Assembly (NCBI RefSeq): GCF_963921235.1
Contig: NC_086097.1
Location: 1,736,001-1,800,000 of the forward strand
Length of the DNA: 64,000 bases
DNA from: Mobula hypostoma
Lineage: Eukaryota
Reading direction: 5' to 3'
In this document: positions 48,560-62,610 of the stretch, piece after piece
Layout: every line of letters starts with the position of its first letter
Position numbering within the stretch: the first letter of the stretch is position 1
Position numbers and translations under genes: made by a program
The notes under the pieces: generated by a model
What the model saw: only the letters and a program-made list of their open reading frames with translations
Database searches by the model: none
Told to the model about the DNA's origin: nothing

Positions 48560-50690
48560 GTGTGGTGGGGAGTATATTGACTGTTGTGGAAACATCACTG
48601 CCCTTGAATGGAAAGCTTACAAAAGTAGTGGATCCGGCCCAGTTTATCACAGGTAAAGCCCTCCCCACCATTGATCACATCTACATGGAGCACTGTTATA
48701 GGAAAGCAGCATCCATCACCGTCCAGTTTATGCTCGCTTTTCACTGCTGCAAACAGGAAAGAGGTGCAGGAGCCTCAGGTCCAGCTTCAGGAAATGTTAT
48801 TACCTCTTAAACATCAGGCTCCTGAGTTAGGGGGATAACTTCATTCGCCCCATCATCAAACTGTTCCCACACCTGTGGACTCACTTTCAATGACTCTTCA
48901 TCTAATTTTCTCAATTTTTATTTCTTTTTTTCTCGTCTTTTCACAGTTTGCTGTCTTTTGCACATTAGCTGTTTGTCCGTCCTGTTGGGTGCGGTCTATA
49001 ATTGACTCGCGTGTCTCTTGTATTTACTATGAATGCCTGCCAGAAAATGAATCTCAGGGTTGTATGTGATGACACGTTTGTACTTTGATTATAAATTTAC
49101 TTTGATCTTTCAGATCCTACTGAACAGACATGCCCATCCAACATGCATTCTCATCACATTGCTTTAAAATTTGCAGGTTGAGTCTGGGTTGAGGAAGGCA
49201 AATGAAATGTTAGCATTCATTTCAAGAGGACTGGAATATAAAAGCAAGGATGTAATGCTGAGACTTTACAAAGCACTGGTGAGGCCTCACTTGGAGTATT
49301 GTGAGCAGTTTTGGGCCCCTTATCTTAGAAAGGATGTGCTGAAACTGGAGAGGATTCAAAGGAGGCTCACGAAAGTGATTCCAGGATTGAATGGTTTGTC
49401 ATATGAAGAACGTCTGATGGGCCTGTATTCACTGGAATTCAGAAGAATGAGGGGTGACCTCATTGAAACCTATTGAATGGTGAAAGACCTTGATAGAGTG
49501 GATGTGGAGAGGATGTTTTCTATGGTGGGAGAGTCTAAGAGCAGAGGACACAGCCTCAGAATAGAGATGAGGAGGAGTTTCTTTAGTCAGAGAATGGTGA
49601 CTCTGTGGAATTCTTTGCCACAGCAGGCTGTGGAGGCCAAATCTTTACGTACATTTAAGGCAGAGGTTCATAGATTTTCGACTGGTCAGTGCATGAAGGG
49701 ATTTGGGCAGAAGGCAGGAGACTAGGACTGAGAGGAATAGTGGAGATGAAATGGCCGGCAGAGCAGGCTCAACGGGCCAAGTGGCCGAATTCTGCTCCTA
49801 TACCTTATGGTCTTAACAAATGTGTGGGCTCCTATCAGGATTTCTCCACCTACAGCCATCAACTCCATCGGCCAAGCCCGGCTGCAACAGGAGGCGGGTT
49901 GGGCATGGGGCTAGCATCTCCATCCCATAAAAACCAGCACTACAGAAACTCCAAAGACCTCATCCCTGGGAGAGGAAGGATCAATGCCCCAGTGGTAGTG
50001 ATGGGCTGGAGAATAAAAAGAAGAAGCTACAATCATCCGGCTCCTGAACCAGCTTGGGTAACCTCATTCACCTCAGTGCTGAACTGACTTAACAACCTGT
50101 GGACTCAAAGACTCTACAACTCATGTTCTCAATATTATTTATTTGTTTATTTGCACAATTATTCTTCTCCATATTGGTTCTTTGTCAGTCTTTGTTTATG
50201 TATAGTTTTTCATAAATTCTATTGTATTTATTTTCCTGTGAATCCCGATGAGAAAATGAATCACTGGGTAGTAGACGGTGATATATATGTACTTTCATAA
50301 TAAATTTATCTAGACTTGAACTTGGAAATGGTCATATACTCACTCTCATTGTATACACCCCATTCCTATAGAACATTAGCCCTTAAGATATAGGAACAGA
50401 ATTAGGCCACTTGGCCCATTGACTCTACTCCACCATTCCCTTATGACTGATTTAATATCCCTCTCCATTCCATTCTCCTGCCTTCTCCCAATAACCTTCG
50501 ATACCCTGACTGATCATGAACCTATTACCCTCTGCTTTAAAAATACTCAATGAGTTGGCCTCCTCAGTCATCCATGGCAATCAATTCCACATATTCCTCA
50601 CTCTCAGGCTAAAGAAATTCCTCCTCGTCTCTGTTCTAAATGAACATCCCTCAATTTCGAGGCTGTGCACTCTGGTCCTAGGCTTCCCCA
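48560..50690. mobile_element. Rex1/Babar and CR1 3' fragments
   Basis: VVDPAQFITGKALPTI (Rex); RPHLEYCEQFWAPY (CR1, 49171-49725); minus-strand CR1 tail 50390-50690. Confidence 0.75.
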
Positions 50691-50841
50691 CAATAATTGT
50701 GTGCACCGGGGGGGAAGTGGGGAATTGAGCACATTTTCCAAATGAGCAGATGTTGGTATATATGCCCATTGACTGTGCATTCCATTGAGACTACATTCCC
50801 ATTAGCTGTTGTCACATTGACTGCACGTTCCCATTAGCTGT

Positions 50842-53800
50842 TAGAAACCATAGAAACCATAGAAAAACTACAGCACAGAAACAGGCCTTTTGGCCCTTCT
50901 TGGCTGTGCCAAACCATTTTCTGCTTAGTCCCACTGATCTGCACATGGACCATATCCCTCCATACACCTCCCATCCATGTATCTGTCCAATTTATTCTTA
51001 AATGTTAAAAAAGAACCCGCATTTACCACCTCGTCTGGCAGCTCATTCCATACTCCCACCACTCTCTGTGTGAAGAAGCCCCCCACTAATGTTCCCTTTA
51101 AACTTTTCCCCCCTCACCCTTAACCCATGTCCTCCGGTTTTTTTCTCCCCTTGCCTCAGTGGAAAAAGCCTGCTTGCATTCACTCTATCTATACCCATCA
51201 TAATTTTATATACCTCTATCAAATCTCCCCTCATTCTTCTACGCTCCAGGGAATAAAGTCCTAACCTATTCAACCTCTCTCTGTAACTGAGTTTCTCAAG
51301 TCCCGGCAACATCCTTGTAAACCTTCTCTGCACTCTTTCAACCTTATTAATATCCTTCCTGTAATTTGGTGACCAAAACTGAACACAATACTCCAGATTC
51401 GGCCTCATCAATGCCTTATACAACCTCATCATAACATTCCAGCTCTTATACTCAATACTTTGATTAATAAAGGCCAATGTACCAAAAGCTCTCTTTACGA
51501 CCCTATCTACCTGTGACGCCACTTTTAGGGAATTTTGTATCTGTATTCCCAGATCCCTCTGTTCTACTGCACTCCTCAGTGCCTTACCATTAACCCTGTA
51601 TGTTCTACCTTGGTTTGTCCTTCCAAAGTGCAATACCTCACACTTGTCTGTATTAAACTCCATCTGCCATTTTTCAGCCCATTTTCCCAACTGGTCCAAA
51701 TCCCTCTGCAAGCTTTGAAAACCGTCCTCACTGTCCACTACACCTCCAATCTTTGTATCATCAGCAAATTTGCTGATCCAATTTACCACATTATCATCCA
51801 GATCATTGATATAGATGACAAATAACAACGGACCCAGCACTGACCCCTGTGGCACACCACTAGTCACAGGCCTCCACTCTGAGAAGCAATCCTCTACTAC
51901 CACTCTTTGGCTTCTTCCATCGAGCCAATGTCTAATCCAATTTACCATCTCTCCATGTATACCTAGGTACTGAAGTTTCCTAACTAACCTCCTATGCGGG
52001 ACCTTGTCACTGAAGTCCATGTAGCCTTCCCTTCATCCACTTTCCTGGTAACCTCCTGGAAAAACTCTAATAGATTGGTCAAACATGACCTACCACGCAC
52101 AAAGCCATGTTGACTCTCCCTAATAAGTCCCTGTCTATCCAAATGCTTATAGATTCTGTCTCTTAGTACTCCCTCCAAAAACTTACCCACCACCGATGTC
52201 AAAGTTACCAGCCTATAATTTCCCGGATTATTTTTCAATCCTTTTTTAAACAAAGGAACAACATGAGCCATTCTCCAATCCTCCGGCACCTCACCTGTAG
52301 ACACTGACATTTTAAATATATCTGCCAGGACCCCGGCAATTTCAACACTAGTCTCCTTCAAGGTCCAAGGGAACACCCTGTCAGGTCCCGGGGATTTATC
52401 CACTTTAATTTGCCTCAAGATAGCAAGGACCTCCTCCTTTTCAATCTGTACAGTTTCCATGATCTCACTACTTGTTTCCCTTAATTCCATAGACTTCATA
52501 CCTGTTTCCTTAGTAAATACAGGTGCAAAAAACCTATTTAAGATCTCCCCCATTTCTTTTGGTTCCGCACATAGCCGACCACTCTGATCTTCAAGAGGAC
52601 CAATTTTATCCCTTACAATCCTTTCACTCTTAATACATCTGTAAAAGCTCTTTGGATTATCCTTCACTTTGACTGCCAAGGCAACCTCATGTCTTCTTTT
52701 AGCCCTCCTGATTTCCTTCTTAAGTATTTTCTTGCACTTTTTATACTCCTCAAGCACCTTATTTACTCCCTGTTTCCTATACATTTTATACAACTTTCTC
52801 TTCTTCTTTATCAGAGTTGCAATATCCCTTGAGAACCAAGGTTCCTTATTCCTATTCAATTTGCCTTTAATCCTGACAGGAACATACAAACTCAGCACTC
52901 TCAAAATCTCTCCTTTGAAGGCTTCCCACTTACCAATCACATCCTTGCCAGAGAACAACCTCTCCCAATCCACGCTTTTTAGATCCCTTCTCATTTCTTC
53001 AAATTTGGCCTCCTTCCAGTTTAGAACCTCAACCCTAGGACCAGATCTATCTTTATCCATGAACAAGTTGAAACTAATGGTGTTATGATCACTGGAACCA
53101 AAGTGCTCCCCTACACACACTTCTGTCACTTGTCCTAACTCGTTTCCTAATAGGAGATTTAATATTGCATCCCCTCTAGTTGGTACCTCTATATATTGAT
53201 TTAAAAAACTTTCCTAAACACATTTTACAAACTCTAACCCATCTAGGCCCCTAACAGTATGGGAGTCCCAATCAATATGTAGAAAATTAAAATCCCCTAC
53301 CACCACAATTTTATGTTTCCTGCAGTTGCCTGCTATCTCTCTGCAGATTTGCTCCTCCAATTCTCGCTGACTATTGGGTGGTCTATAATACAACCCCACG
53401 AATGTGGCCATACCTTTCCTGTTTCTCAGCTCCACCCATAAGGACTCAGTAGACAAGCCCTCTAATCTGTCCTGCCTGAGCACTGCTGTAATATTTTCCC
53501 TGACAAGCAATGCTACCCACCCCCCCCACCTTTCATTCCTCTGCCTCTATCCCATCTGAAACATCGGAACTCTGGAACATTAAGCTGCCAGTCCTGCCCC
53601 TCCTGTAGCCAAGTTTCACTAATTGCTATATCGTCATAATTCCACGTGTCAATCCACGCCCTCAACTCGTCTGCCTTCCCCGCAATACTCCTAGTATTGA
53701 AATATATACACCTCAGAAGATTTTTACCACCACTCCCAACCTTTCTATTTGCGGCTTTGCTTGAACTTTTAAAATCATTTATTTTCATCCCAGCCCCACT

Positions 53801-53922
53801 GTCAGCTCTGGCACTCTGGTTCCCATCCCCCTGCAAATCTAGTTTAAAGCCTCCCCAATAGCACTAACAAACCTCCCTGAAAGGATATTGGTCCCCTTGT
53901 AGTTCAAGTGTAACCCGTCTCT
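50842..53922 (-). mobile_element. CR1 LINE with complete but disrupted ORF2 (APE+RT)
   Basis: CIYFNTRSI, ISETWL, VGDFN, SSDHN, RT motifs over ORFs 53513-53836, 53214-53510, 51984-53129, 51043-52020. Confidence 0.95.
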
Positions 53923-54232
53923 CAATGTTATCACATTGAACCTACATTCCCATTAGCTGTTATCACATTGACTGTGTGTTCCCATCTGCTGTTGTCACAT
54001 TGACTGTGTGTTCCCATCTGCTGTTGTCACATTGACTGTGTGTTCCCATTAGCTGTTGTCACATTGACTGTGCGTTCCCATTAGCTGTTCTCATATTGAC
54101 TGTGCGTTCCCATTAGCTGTTGTCACATTGATTCTGCGCTCCCATTAGCTGTTGTCACATTGACTGCATGTTCCCATTAGCTACTGCCACAGTGACAGTA
54201 CATTTCCATTAGCTGTTGTCATATTGAATCTG

Positions 54233-55363
54233 TGTCATGGTCCGGTCCATGAGGTCCGCATTCCGGTTCATGGTCCAGTCCATTGTTCCTTATTCCAGGT
54301 TTTCCGGTTTTCCATTGTCCTGTTGTGTGCCTTAATTGAGGCACATGATTCTCATTTTGGGCTGGCTACATAAACAGCTCCTTGGTTCAGCTTCAGTTGC
54401 TGGACTGTTCCCTCCCTTCCCCTTCCTTCTGAAGCCTCGCCTGCTACCTTTGCCTGTGTTCTCGCCTGTCACGCCATCAAGTTCAACCGCTAGGGCAAGA
54501 TTGGGACCTTGCTGTGTCTAGATAATGAACTGCCTTCGCTAGGTAGGTCCGGCTTTTGCTGATACCTTGTGTTGGGAACCATCTCTTTGTGCCCTCGCCT
54601 CTGCTGGGTATGTCCAACTGTTTGCCGCTACCTTGAGTTGGGAACTGTCTCTGTGTCCACGCCTTCGCTAGGTAGATCCGGCCGTTTGCCGCTATGTTAT
54701 ATTTGGAAACCATCTCTTTGTGCCCTCAGCTCTGCTGGGTAGGTCTGGCCACTTGCTGCTACCTTGAGTGGCGATCTGTCGCTCAGTGTTCTGTGTATGA
54801 GTCCTGGCACTACGTCCTGCTCCCTAGGAGGGGTCCTGACTCTGTGTAGAGCCCCAGTCCCAAGTCCTGTTCCCAAGGAGGGGTCCTGGCTCTGTGTTCC
54901 ATGTTCCTGTTCTCCCTTGACCAAGGTACTGTGTTCCTGTTCTCCCTCGACCAAGTCAAGGCTTCGTGTTCTCATCCTGTCCATGTGCCTTGCCCACGCT
55001 AGGAGTACCTTGCCCAGCCTGGTGCTGAGGTTACCTCGTCCTGTCCAGGAGTTTCATGTCTAGTCCTGTTGCCACTCCTCGTCCTGTAGCCACATCTTGT
55101 CCTCACCTAGATCTGGGGTCCGAGCCTGCATCAAGACCCAGGTTCCGGGTCCCTGTCCAGTCTCTGGCTTGGAGTCCTTGTCCAGGTTGCAAGTTCTAGT
55201 CTTCGCCCAGGCCCTGTATCCTAGTCTCCTCCAGGGCCTGTTTCAATGTCCAGCATCCTTTCTTCCCCACTTCCCTTGCTTTCTTGACACACCAAGTCCT
55301 GTTCCTTGTACTTCAGTGTCTGTGTCTTGCTTTTGGGTCCACCATCAGTGCCCCCTTGTGACA
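54233..55363 (+). mobile_element. Solo LTR-like element, copy 2
   Basis: TGTCA...TGACA inverted termini; flanks ATCTG / TTCTG (imperfect 5-bp TSD); homologous to 19633-20594. Confidence 0.82.
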
Positions 55364-58300
55364 TTCTGCACTCTAATTAGCTGTTGTCACATTGACTGTG
55401 TGTTCCCAATAGCTGATGTCACATTGAATGTGTGTGCCAGTTGAGCCTACATTCCAATTAGTTGTTGTCACATGACTGTGTTCCCATTAGCTGTTGTCCC
55501 ATTGGCCGTGCCTTCCCATTAGCTGTTGTCCCATTGGCCGTGCCTTCCCATTAGCTGTTGTCCCATTGGCCGTGCGTGCCCATTAGCTGTTGTCCCATTG
55601 GCCGTGCGTGCCCATTAGCTGTTGTCACATTGACTGTGTGTGCCCATGGAGCCTACATTCCCATTAGCTGTACACATCCAGCTAATGTGGTGGTGGTTTA
55701 TAGCGCATGTGTTATCATGAGAGGCTGGACCAACTTGGGTTGTTTTCCCTGCAGCTTTGAAGGTTGAAGGCAGATCTGATGGAGGATAATAAAATTATGA
55801 GAAGCATTATGAGAGTAGACAGGGTGCATCTGTTTCCCAGGGTGAAATGTCTGACACTAGAGGGTGAGGGGGATCATTTGAAAGGAGATTTCAGTGGCAA
55901 GGTTTTTTGCACAGAGAGTGGTGGATGTCTGGAATGTGCTGCCTGGGGTGGTGGTAGAGGCAAATACATTGGAGGCTTTTAAGGGATGGCTGGATAGGCA
56001 CATGGATGTGAGGAAGATGGAGGGATATGGACATGGTGTGGGTAGGAGGGATTAGTGTTTAGGTGTTTTTATTTGCTTTTTAGCGGGTTGGGCACAACAT
56101 TATGGGCCAAATGGCTTGTTCCAGTGCTGTACTGTTCCATGTTTGATGTTCTAATATCCCAGAGTTCCTTCCTCTAAACGCAAACACACTCACACAGAGC
56201 AGGGGTGTACACGCATTTTCTGTTATAGGTGCACTTACTCCATGCTGCAGCTGGCAAATCGCAAAGTTCAGGCCTGATGGTCAAGGCCCTTGAATTGGCG
56301 AGACTGGAGGTGGCCTGTCTTGGGGTCAGAGGCCTTTCTTTGTGTAGGGACAGGTCTTGCTTTGCTTTGTTTTACCGTGTTCACATTGTTCTGCTGAGTG
56401 TTGTGGGTATGCAATGTTGGCGTGGGAACACGTGGCTACACTTGAGGGCTGCCTTAGACTGTGTTAGTTGTTAACGCAAACACCGCAGTTTCAAACGTAC
56501 ATGTGATACATGAATGAATGTGAATTTGAATCAGAAATCCACTTTCCTTACAGTTGCACTCTTTAACTACTGCAGTATGTTAGAGCACAGTTGGTGGGTT
56601 TCATTGTTACCCAGAGGATGGGGGACTGGATCAAGTCATTGGACTCACTGAGGCACCATTCCTCATCACACTGAATGAGTGAGGACCTCTGTCAGAACCA
56701 GTTGACCATGGATATTGTTCCTCGCTGTCTAGATACACAAGCCTGGGCAGTACGACATGGAGGGCAAGCCACTGCTGATGTAGCAAGCTGCCACTCTCTA
56801 TGCATCTGATGAATCCAAAGGAACGGCAGAGACCGATAACAGTTTGGTACCATCAGCATCACAGGAGTTGCAAGTCAGCATTGAACTCAATGTACGACTG
56901 CCTTAGGGATTCCAGCTCTGGATTTTTCCCTCACGTTTACTGCCAAATCTTCCTCCATGAGTGGGTGTAGTCGCAAGGCAATAGAGATTTGGGATCAGAG
57001 TTTTCCTTCTCCTTGATCAGCTGCCAACCACAGGCAATGAGCCCCTTCTGCCCGAAGGGACTGGCCTTAAGGTGCCAGCAACCCGTCTTTGCCTCTTCCC
57101 TTATCAGTATAAATGGTTCAGATGGGCTTAGTAGCTAACCCATAGGTGAAGTCCAGGAGCTGGATTTGGTTGTTAGAGGCTACCTGAGTTCCTCCAGCGT
57201 GTTGTGAGTGTTGCTTTGATCTCAGCATCTGCAGATTATTTTGTGTTTACGACTTTCAGGAACTTCCTCATCACATTACAGAAGGAACAAATACTGATGA
57301 GCTGAGGAGATGGTTTAGACGGAGTTATCTAACCTGGAAAAAGGCCATTCAGCTCAACCTGTCCATACTGACCAAGGTCCATATCCCCTTAACCTCTTCC
57401 TATCCAAGTTCTTCTTAAATGATAAAATTGTACCTGCCTCAACTACTTCCTCTGGCAGCTCATTCATTCACCACCCTCAGGTCCTGACTAAATCTTTCCC
57501 CCTCACCTTAAATCTCTGCTCTCTACTTTAGACTCTCTTACCCTGGGGAAAAGACTGTGATCATCCTCCTTTTCCTTATTTATGGCCCTCATGATTTTAC
57601 ATAGTTCTATTAAGTCACTCCGCAGCCTCCTACACTCAGGGAAAACAGTCCTAGCCTGTCCAGTTTCTCATAGAATACTACAGCGTTGAAACAGGCTAGC
57701 TGACCCATCAAATGCATGCCAAACTATTATTTTGCCTCGCCCCATCAACCTACACCTGGACCATAGCCGTCCATACCATTTCCATCCATGTACTTAGCCA
57801 AACTTCTTTGAAGTCATCATAATTCTGGTGATACCTTTTTGCTCCTCTCAATCTCAGTGATGTCCTTCCTATAGCTGGGTGATCAGAACTGCACACAGTA
57901 ATATGGTCTCACACTGCAACGACAGGAAAGCTCTACAACAGGTAGTCAAAAACCACCCAGCACATCACCTGCATCAGACTACCCGCCATCAAGGACACAA
58001 CTACAGAAAGGGCCAGTAACACCAGCTACTCTGCTCATGGACTGTTTGTCCCACTTCCATTAGGCAGCATCCTCGCCAGAACTACCAGACTCAAACGTTA
58101 ATTTCCCCAATCCGAATCAGAATCAGCTTTATTATCACCAGCAATGGTTGTGAAATTTGTTGACTTAACAGCAGCAGTTCAATGCAATACATAATATAAA
58201 AGAAAAAAAGTAAACATATATAAATAAGTAAATCAAATACAGTGTATGTATATTAAATAGATTAAAAATTATGCAAAAACAGAAATAACATATATTTAAA

Positions 58301-58423
58301 AAGTGAGGGAGTGTTCATGGGTTCAATGTCCATTTAGGAATCGGATGGCAGAGGGGAAGAAGCTGTTTCTGAATTGCTGAGTGTGTGCCTTCAGGCTTCT
58401 GTATCCCACAGTGAGAAAAGGGC

Positions 58424-61400
58424 ACAAAATACTCTGCAGATGCTGGGGTCGAAGCAACACTCACAACACGCTGGAGGAACTCAGCAGGTCAGGCAGCATC
58501 CGTGGAAAAGATAAGTCGACGTTTTGGGCCGGAACCCTTCATCAGGACTGTAGAGGGAAGGGGCAGAGGCCCTATAAAGAAGGTGGGGGGGGAGGGTGGG
58601 AAGGAGAAGGCTGGTAGGTTCCAGGTGAAAAACCAGTAAGGGGAAAGATAAAGGGGTGGGGAAGGGAGGCAGGGAGGTGATAGGCAGGAGAGGTGAAGAA
58701 AGAATAGGAGAAAACACAATGGGTAGTAGAAGGAGGCGGAACCAGGAGGGAGGAGGTAGGCAGCTGGGGGAGGGGGCAGAGTGACATAGGGATAGAGGAA
58801 GGGAGGGGGAGGGAATTAACAGAAGTTGGAGAATTCTATGTTCATACCAAGGGGCTGGAGACTACATAGACGGTATATGAGGTGTTTCTCCTCCAACCTG
58901 AGTTTAGCCTCATCATGGCAGTAGAGGAGGCCATGTATGGACATATCTGAATGGGAGTGGGAAGCAGAGTTGAAGTGGGTGGCTACTGGGGGATCCTGTC
59001 TGTTTTGGCGGACGGAGCGGAGGTGCTCGATGAAGCGGTCCCCCAATCTGCGTCCGGTTTCACCGATGTAGAGGAGGCCGCAACGGGAGCACCGGATGCA
59101 ATAGATAGAACATAGGACATAGAATAGTACAGCACAGTACAGGCCCTTCGGCCCACAATGTTGTGCTGACCCTCAAACCCTGCCTCCCATATAAGCCCCC
59201 ACCTTAGATTCCTCCATATACCTGTCTAGTAGTCTCTTAAACTTCACTAGTGTATCTGCCTCCACCACTGACTCAGGCAGTGCAGTCCACGCACCAACCA
59301 CTCTCTGAGTAAAAAACCTTCCTCTAATATCCCCCTTGAACTTCCCATCCCTTACCTTAAAGCCATGTCCTCTTGTATTGAGCAGTGGTGCCCTGGGGAA
59401 GAGGCACTGGCTATCCACTCTATCTATTCCTCTTATTATCTTGTACACTTCTATCATGTCTCCTCTCATCCTCCTTCTCTCCAAAGAGTAAAGCCCTAGC
59501 TCCCTTAATCTCTGATCATAATGCATACTCTCTAAACCAGGCAGCATCCTGGTAAATCTCCTCTGTACCCTTTCCAATGCTTCCACATCCTTCCTATAGT
59601 GAGGTGACCAGAACTGGACACAGTACTGCAAGTGTGGCCTAACCAGAGTTTTATAGAGCTGCATCATTACCTCGTGACTCTTAAACTCTATCCCTCGACT
59701 TATGAAAGCTAATACCCCATAAGCTTTCTTAACTACCCTATCCACCTGTGAGGCAACTTTCAGGGATCTGTGGACATGTACCCCGAGATCCCTCTGCTCT
59801 TCCACACTACCAAGTATCCTGCCATTTACTTTGTACTCTGTCTTGGAGTTTGTCCTTCCAAAGTGTACCACCTCACACTTCCCCGGGTTGAACTCCATCT
59901 GCCACTTCTCAGCCCACTTCTGCATCCTATCAATGTCTCTCTGCAATCTTTGACAATACTCTACACTATCTACAACACCACCAACCTTTGTGTCGTCTGC
60001 AAACTTGCCAACCCACCCTTCTATCCCCACATCCAGGTCGTTAATAAAAATCACGAAAAGTAGAGGTCCCAGAACAGATCCTTGTGGGATACCACTAGTC
60101 ACAATCTCCAATCTGAATGTACTCCCTCCACCACCACCCTCTGCCTTCTGCAGGCAAGCCAATTCTGAATCCACCTGGCCAAACTTCCCTGGATCCCATG
60201 CCTTCTAACTTTCTGAATAAGCCGACCGTGTGGAACCTTGTTAAATGCCTTACAAAAATCCATATAGATCACATCCACTGCACTACCCTCATCTATATGC
60301 CTGGTCACCTCCTCAAAGAACTCTATCAGGCTTGTTAGACACGATCTGCCCTTCACAAAGCCATGCTGACTGTCCCTGATCAGACCATGATTCTCTAAAT
60401 GCCTATAGATCCTATCTCTAAGAATCTTTTCCCAACAGCTTTCCCACCACAGACGTAAGGCTCACTGGTGTATAATTACCCGGACTATCCCTACTACCTT
60501 TTTTGAACAAGGGAACAACATTCACCTCCCTCCAATCCTCCGGTACCATTTCCGTGGACCACGAGGACATAAAGATCCTAGCCAGAGGCTCAGCAATCTC
60601 TTCTCTCGCCTCGTGGAGCAGCCTGGGGAATATTCCGTCAGGCCCCGGGGACTTATCTGTCCTAATGTATTTTAACAACTCCAACACCTCTTCTCCCTTA
60701 ATATCAGCATGCTCCAGAACATAAACCTCACTCATATTGTGCTCACCATCATCAAGTTCCCTCTCATTGGTGAATATTGAAGAGAAGTATTCATTGAGGA
60801 CCTCGCTCACTTCCACAGCCTCCAGGCACATCTTTCCACCTTTATCTCTAATCGGTCCTACCTTCACTCCTGTCATCCTTTTTTTTTCCTTCACATAATT
60901 GAAGAATGCCTTGGGGTTTTCCCTTACCCTACTCGCCAAGGCCTTCTCATGCCCCCTTCTTGCTCTTCTCAGCCCCTTCTTAAGCTCCTTTCTTGCTTCC
61001 CTATATTCCTCAATAGACCCATCTGATCCTTGCTTCCTAAACCTCATGTATGCTGCCTTCTTCCTCCTGACTAGATTTTCCACCTCACTTGTCACCCATG
61101 GTTCCTTCACCCTACCATTCTTTATCTTCCTCACCGGGACAAATTTATCCCTAACATCCTGCAAGACATCTCTAAACATCGACCACATGGCCATAGTACA
61201 TTTCCCTGCAAAAACATCATCCCAATTCACACCCGCAAGTTCTAGCCTTATAGCCTCATAATTTGCCTTTCCCCAATTAAAAATTTTCCTGTCCTCTTTG
61301 ATTCTATCCTTTTCCATGATAATTATAAAGGCCAGGGAGCGGTGCTCACTGTCCCCCAGATGCTCACCCACTGAGAGATCTGTGACCTGACCCGGTTCAT

Positions 61401-62610
61401 TACCTAGTACTAGATCTAGTATGGCATTCCCCCTGGTCGGCCTGTCCACATACTGTGACAGGAATCCATCCTGGACACACTTAACAAATTCTGCCCCATC
61501 TAAACCCTTGGAACTAATCAGGTGCCAATCAATATTAGGGAAGTTAAAATCACCCATGATAGCAACCCTGTTATTTTTACACCTTTCCAAAATCTGCCTC
61601 CCAATCTGCTCCTCTGTATCTCTGCTGCTACCAGGGGGGCTATAGAATACCCCCAGTAGAGTAACTGCTCCCTTCCTGTTCCTGACTTCCACCCATATTG
61701 ACTCAAAAGAGGATCCTGCTACATTACCCACCCTTTCTGTAGCTGTAATAGTATCCCTGACCAGTAATGCCACCCCTCCTCCCCTTTTTCCACCCTCTCT
61801 ATCCCTTTTAAAGCACTGAAATCCAGGAATATTGAGAATCCATTCCTGCCCTGGTGCCAGCCAAGTCTCTGTAATGGCCACTACATCATAATTCCATGTA
61901 TGTATCCAAGCTCTCAGTTCATCACCTTTGTTCCTGATGCTTCTTGCATTGATGACCCCAACAGACTCACAAGTGAAGTGTTGCCTCACTTGCAAGGATG
62001 GTTTGGGGCTCTGAATGATGGCAAGAGAGGAGGTGTAGGGACAGGTGTAGCACTTGCGCTTACAGGGATAAGTGCCAAGTGGGAGATCCGTGGGGAGTGT
62101 GGACCAGGGAGTTGCGGAGGGACCGATCCCTGTGGAGGGGGGTGGAGGGAGAAAAATGTGCTTAGTGGTGGGGTCCTGTTGAAGGTGGCAGAAATTGCGG
62201 AGGATAATGTGCTGGATCCGGAGACTGGTGGGGTGGTAGGTGAGGACAAGGGGAACTCTGTCCCTGTTGTGGTGACGGGAGGATGGGGTGAAGGCCGAAG
62301 TGCGGGAAATGGAGGAGATGCAGGTGAGGGCATCATTAATGACAGCAGAAGGGAAACCATGATCCTTAAAGAAAGAGGGCATCTGAGATGTCCTGGAATG
62401 GAAAACCTCATCATCGGAGCAGGTGTGGCAAAGACGGAGGAACTGGGAATAGAAAATGGCATTTTTGCATGTGGCGGGGTGGGAAGAGGTAGTTATGAGA
62501 GTCAGTGGGCTTGCAGAAGATGACAGTGGACAGTCTGTCTCCAGAGATGGAGACCAAGAGATCAAAAAAGGGGAGAGAAGTGTCCGAGATAGACCAAATG
62601 AATTTGAGGG
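58424..62610 (-). mobile_element. Penelope-like element (RT thumb, linker, GIY-YIG, 3' terminus) split by a CR1 at 59105-61950
   Basis: SSHP..CKNAI.YSQFLRL, RVPLVLTYHP, CKRKCYTC, FTCESVGVI | YCIRCSRCGLLYIGET.RRL.DRF.EH..VATHFN..GMN; hammerhead remnant 58514-58549 (G12A). Confidence 0.9.
59105..61950 (-). mobile_element. Young CR1 with nearly complete ORF2 (APE+RT), two frameshifts
   Basis: NARSIRNK..ITETWL..MGDFN..DSEH; RT ORFs 60099-60356 and 59173-60174; TTCTATG tail at 59105-59125. Confidence 0.95.

Larger units (their letters stand above)
50765..55670. repeat. 32-bp minisatellite split by a CR1 and a solo LTR
   Basis: Unit AGCTGTTGTCACATTGACTGTGYGTTCCCATT at 50765-50842, 53925-54230 and 55375-55670. 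Confidence 0.85.

Noticed and set aside
19633..55363. Giant provirus bounded by the two homologous LTRs and carrying fos
   Set aside because: Each LTR has its own distinct TSD, so they are independent solo LTRs
53925..55670. 32-bp repeats of CRISPR-like length
   Set aside because: Tandem units without spacers, interrupted by retroelements
56806..56830. CTGATGA..GAAC as another hammerhead
   Set aside because: No GAAA box or stem I/III geometry
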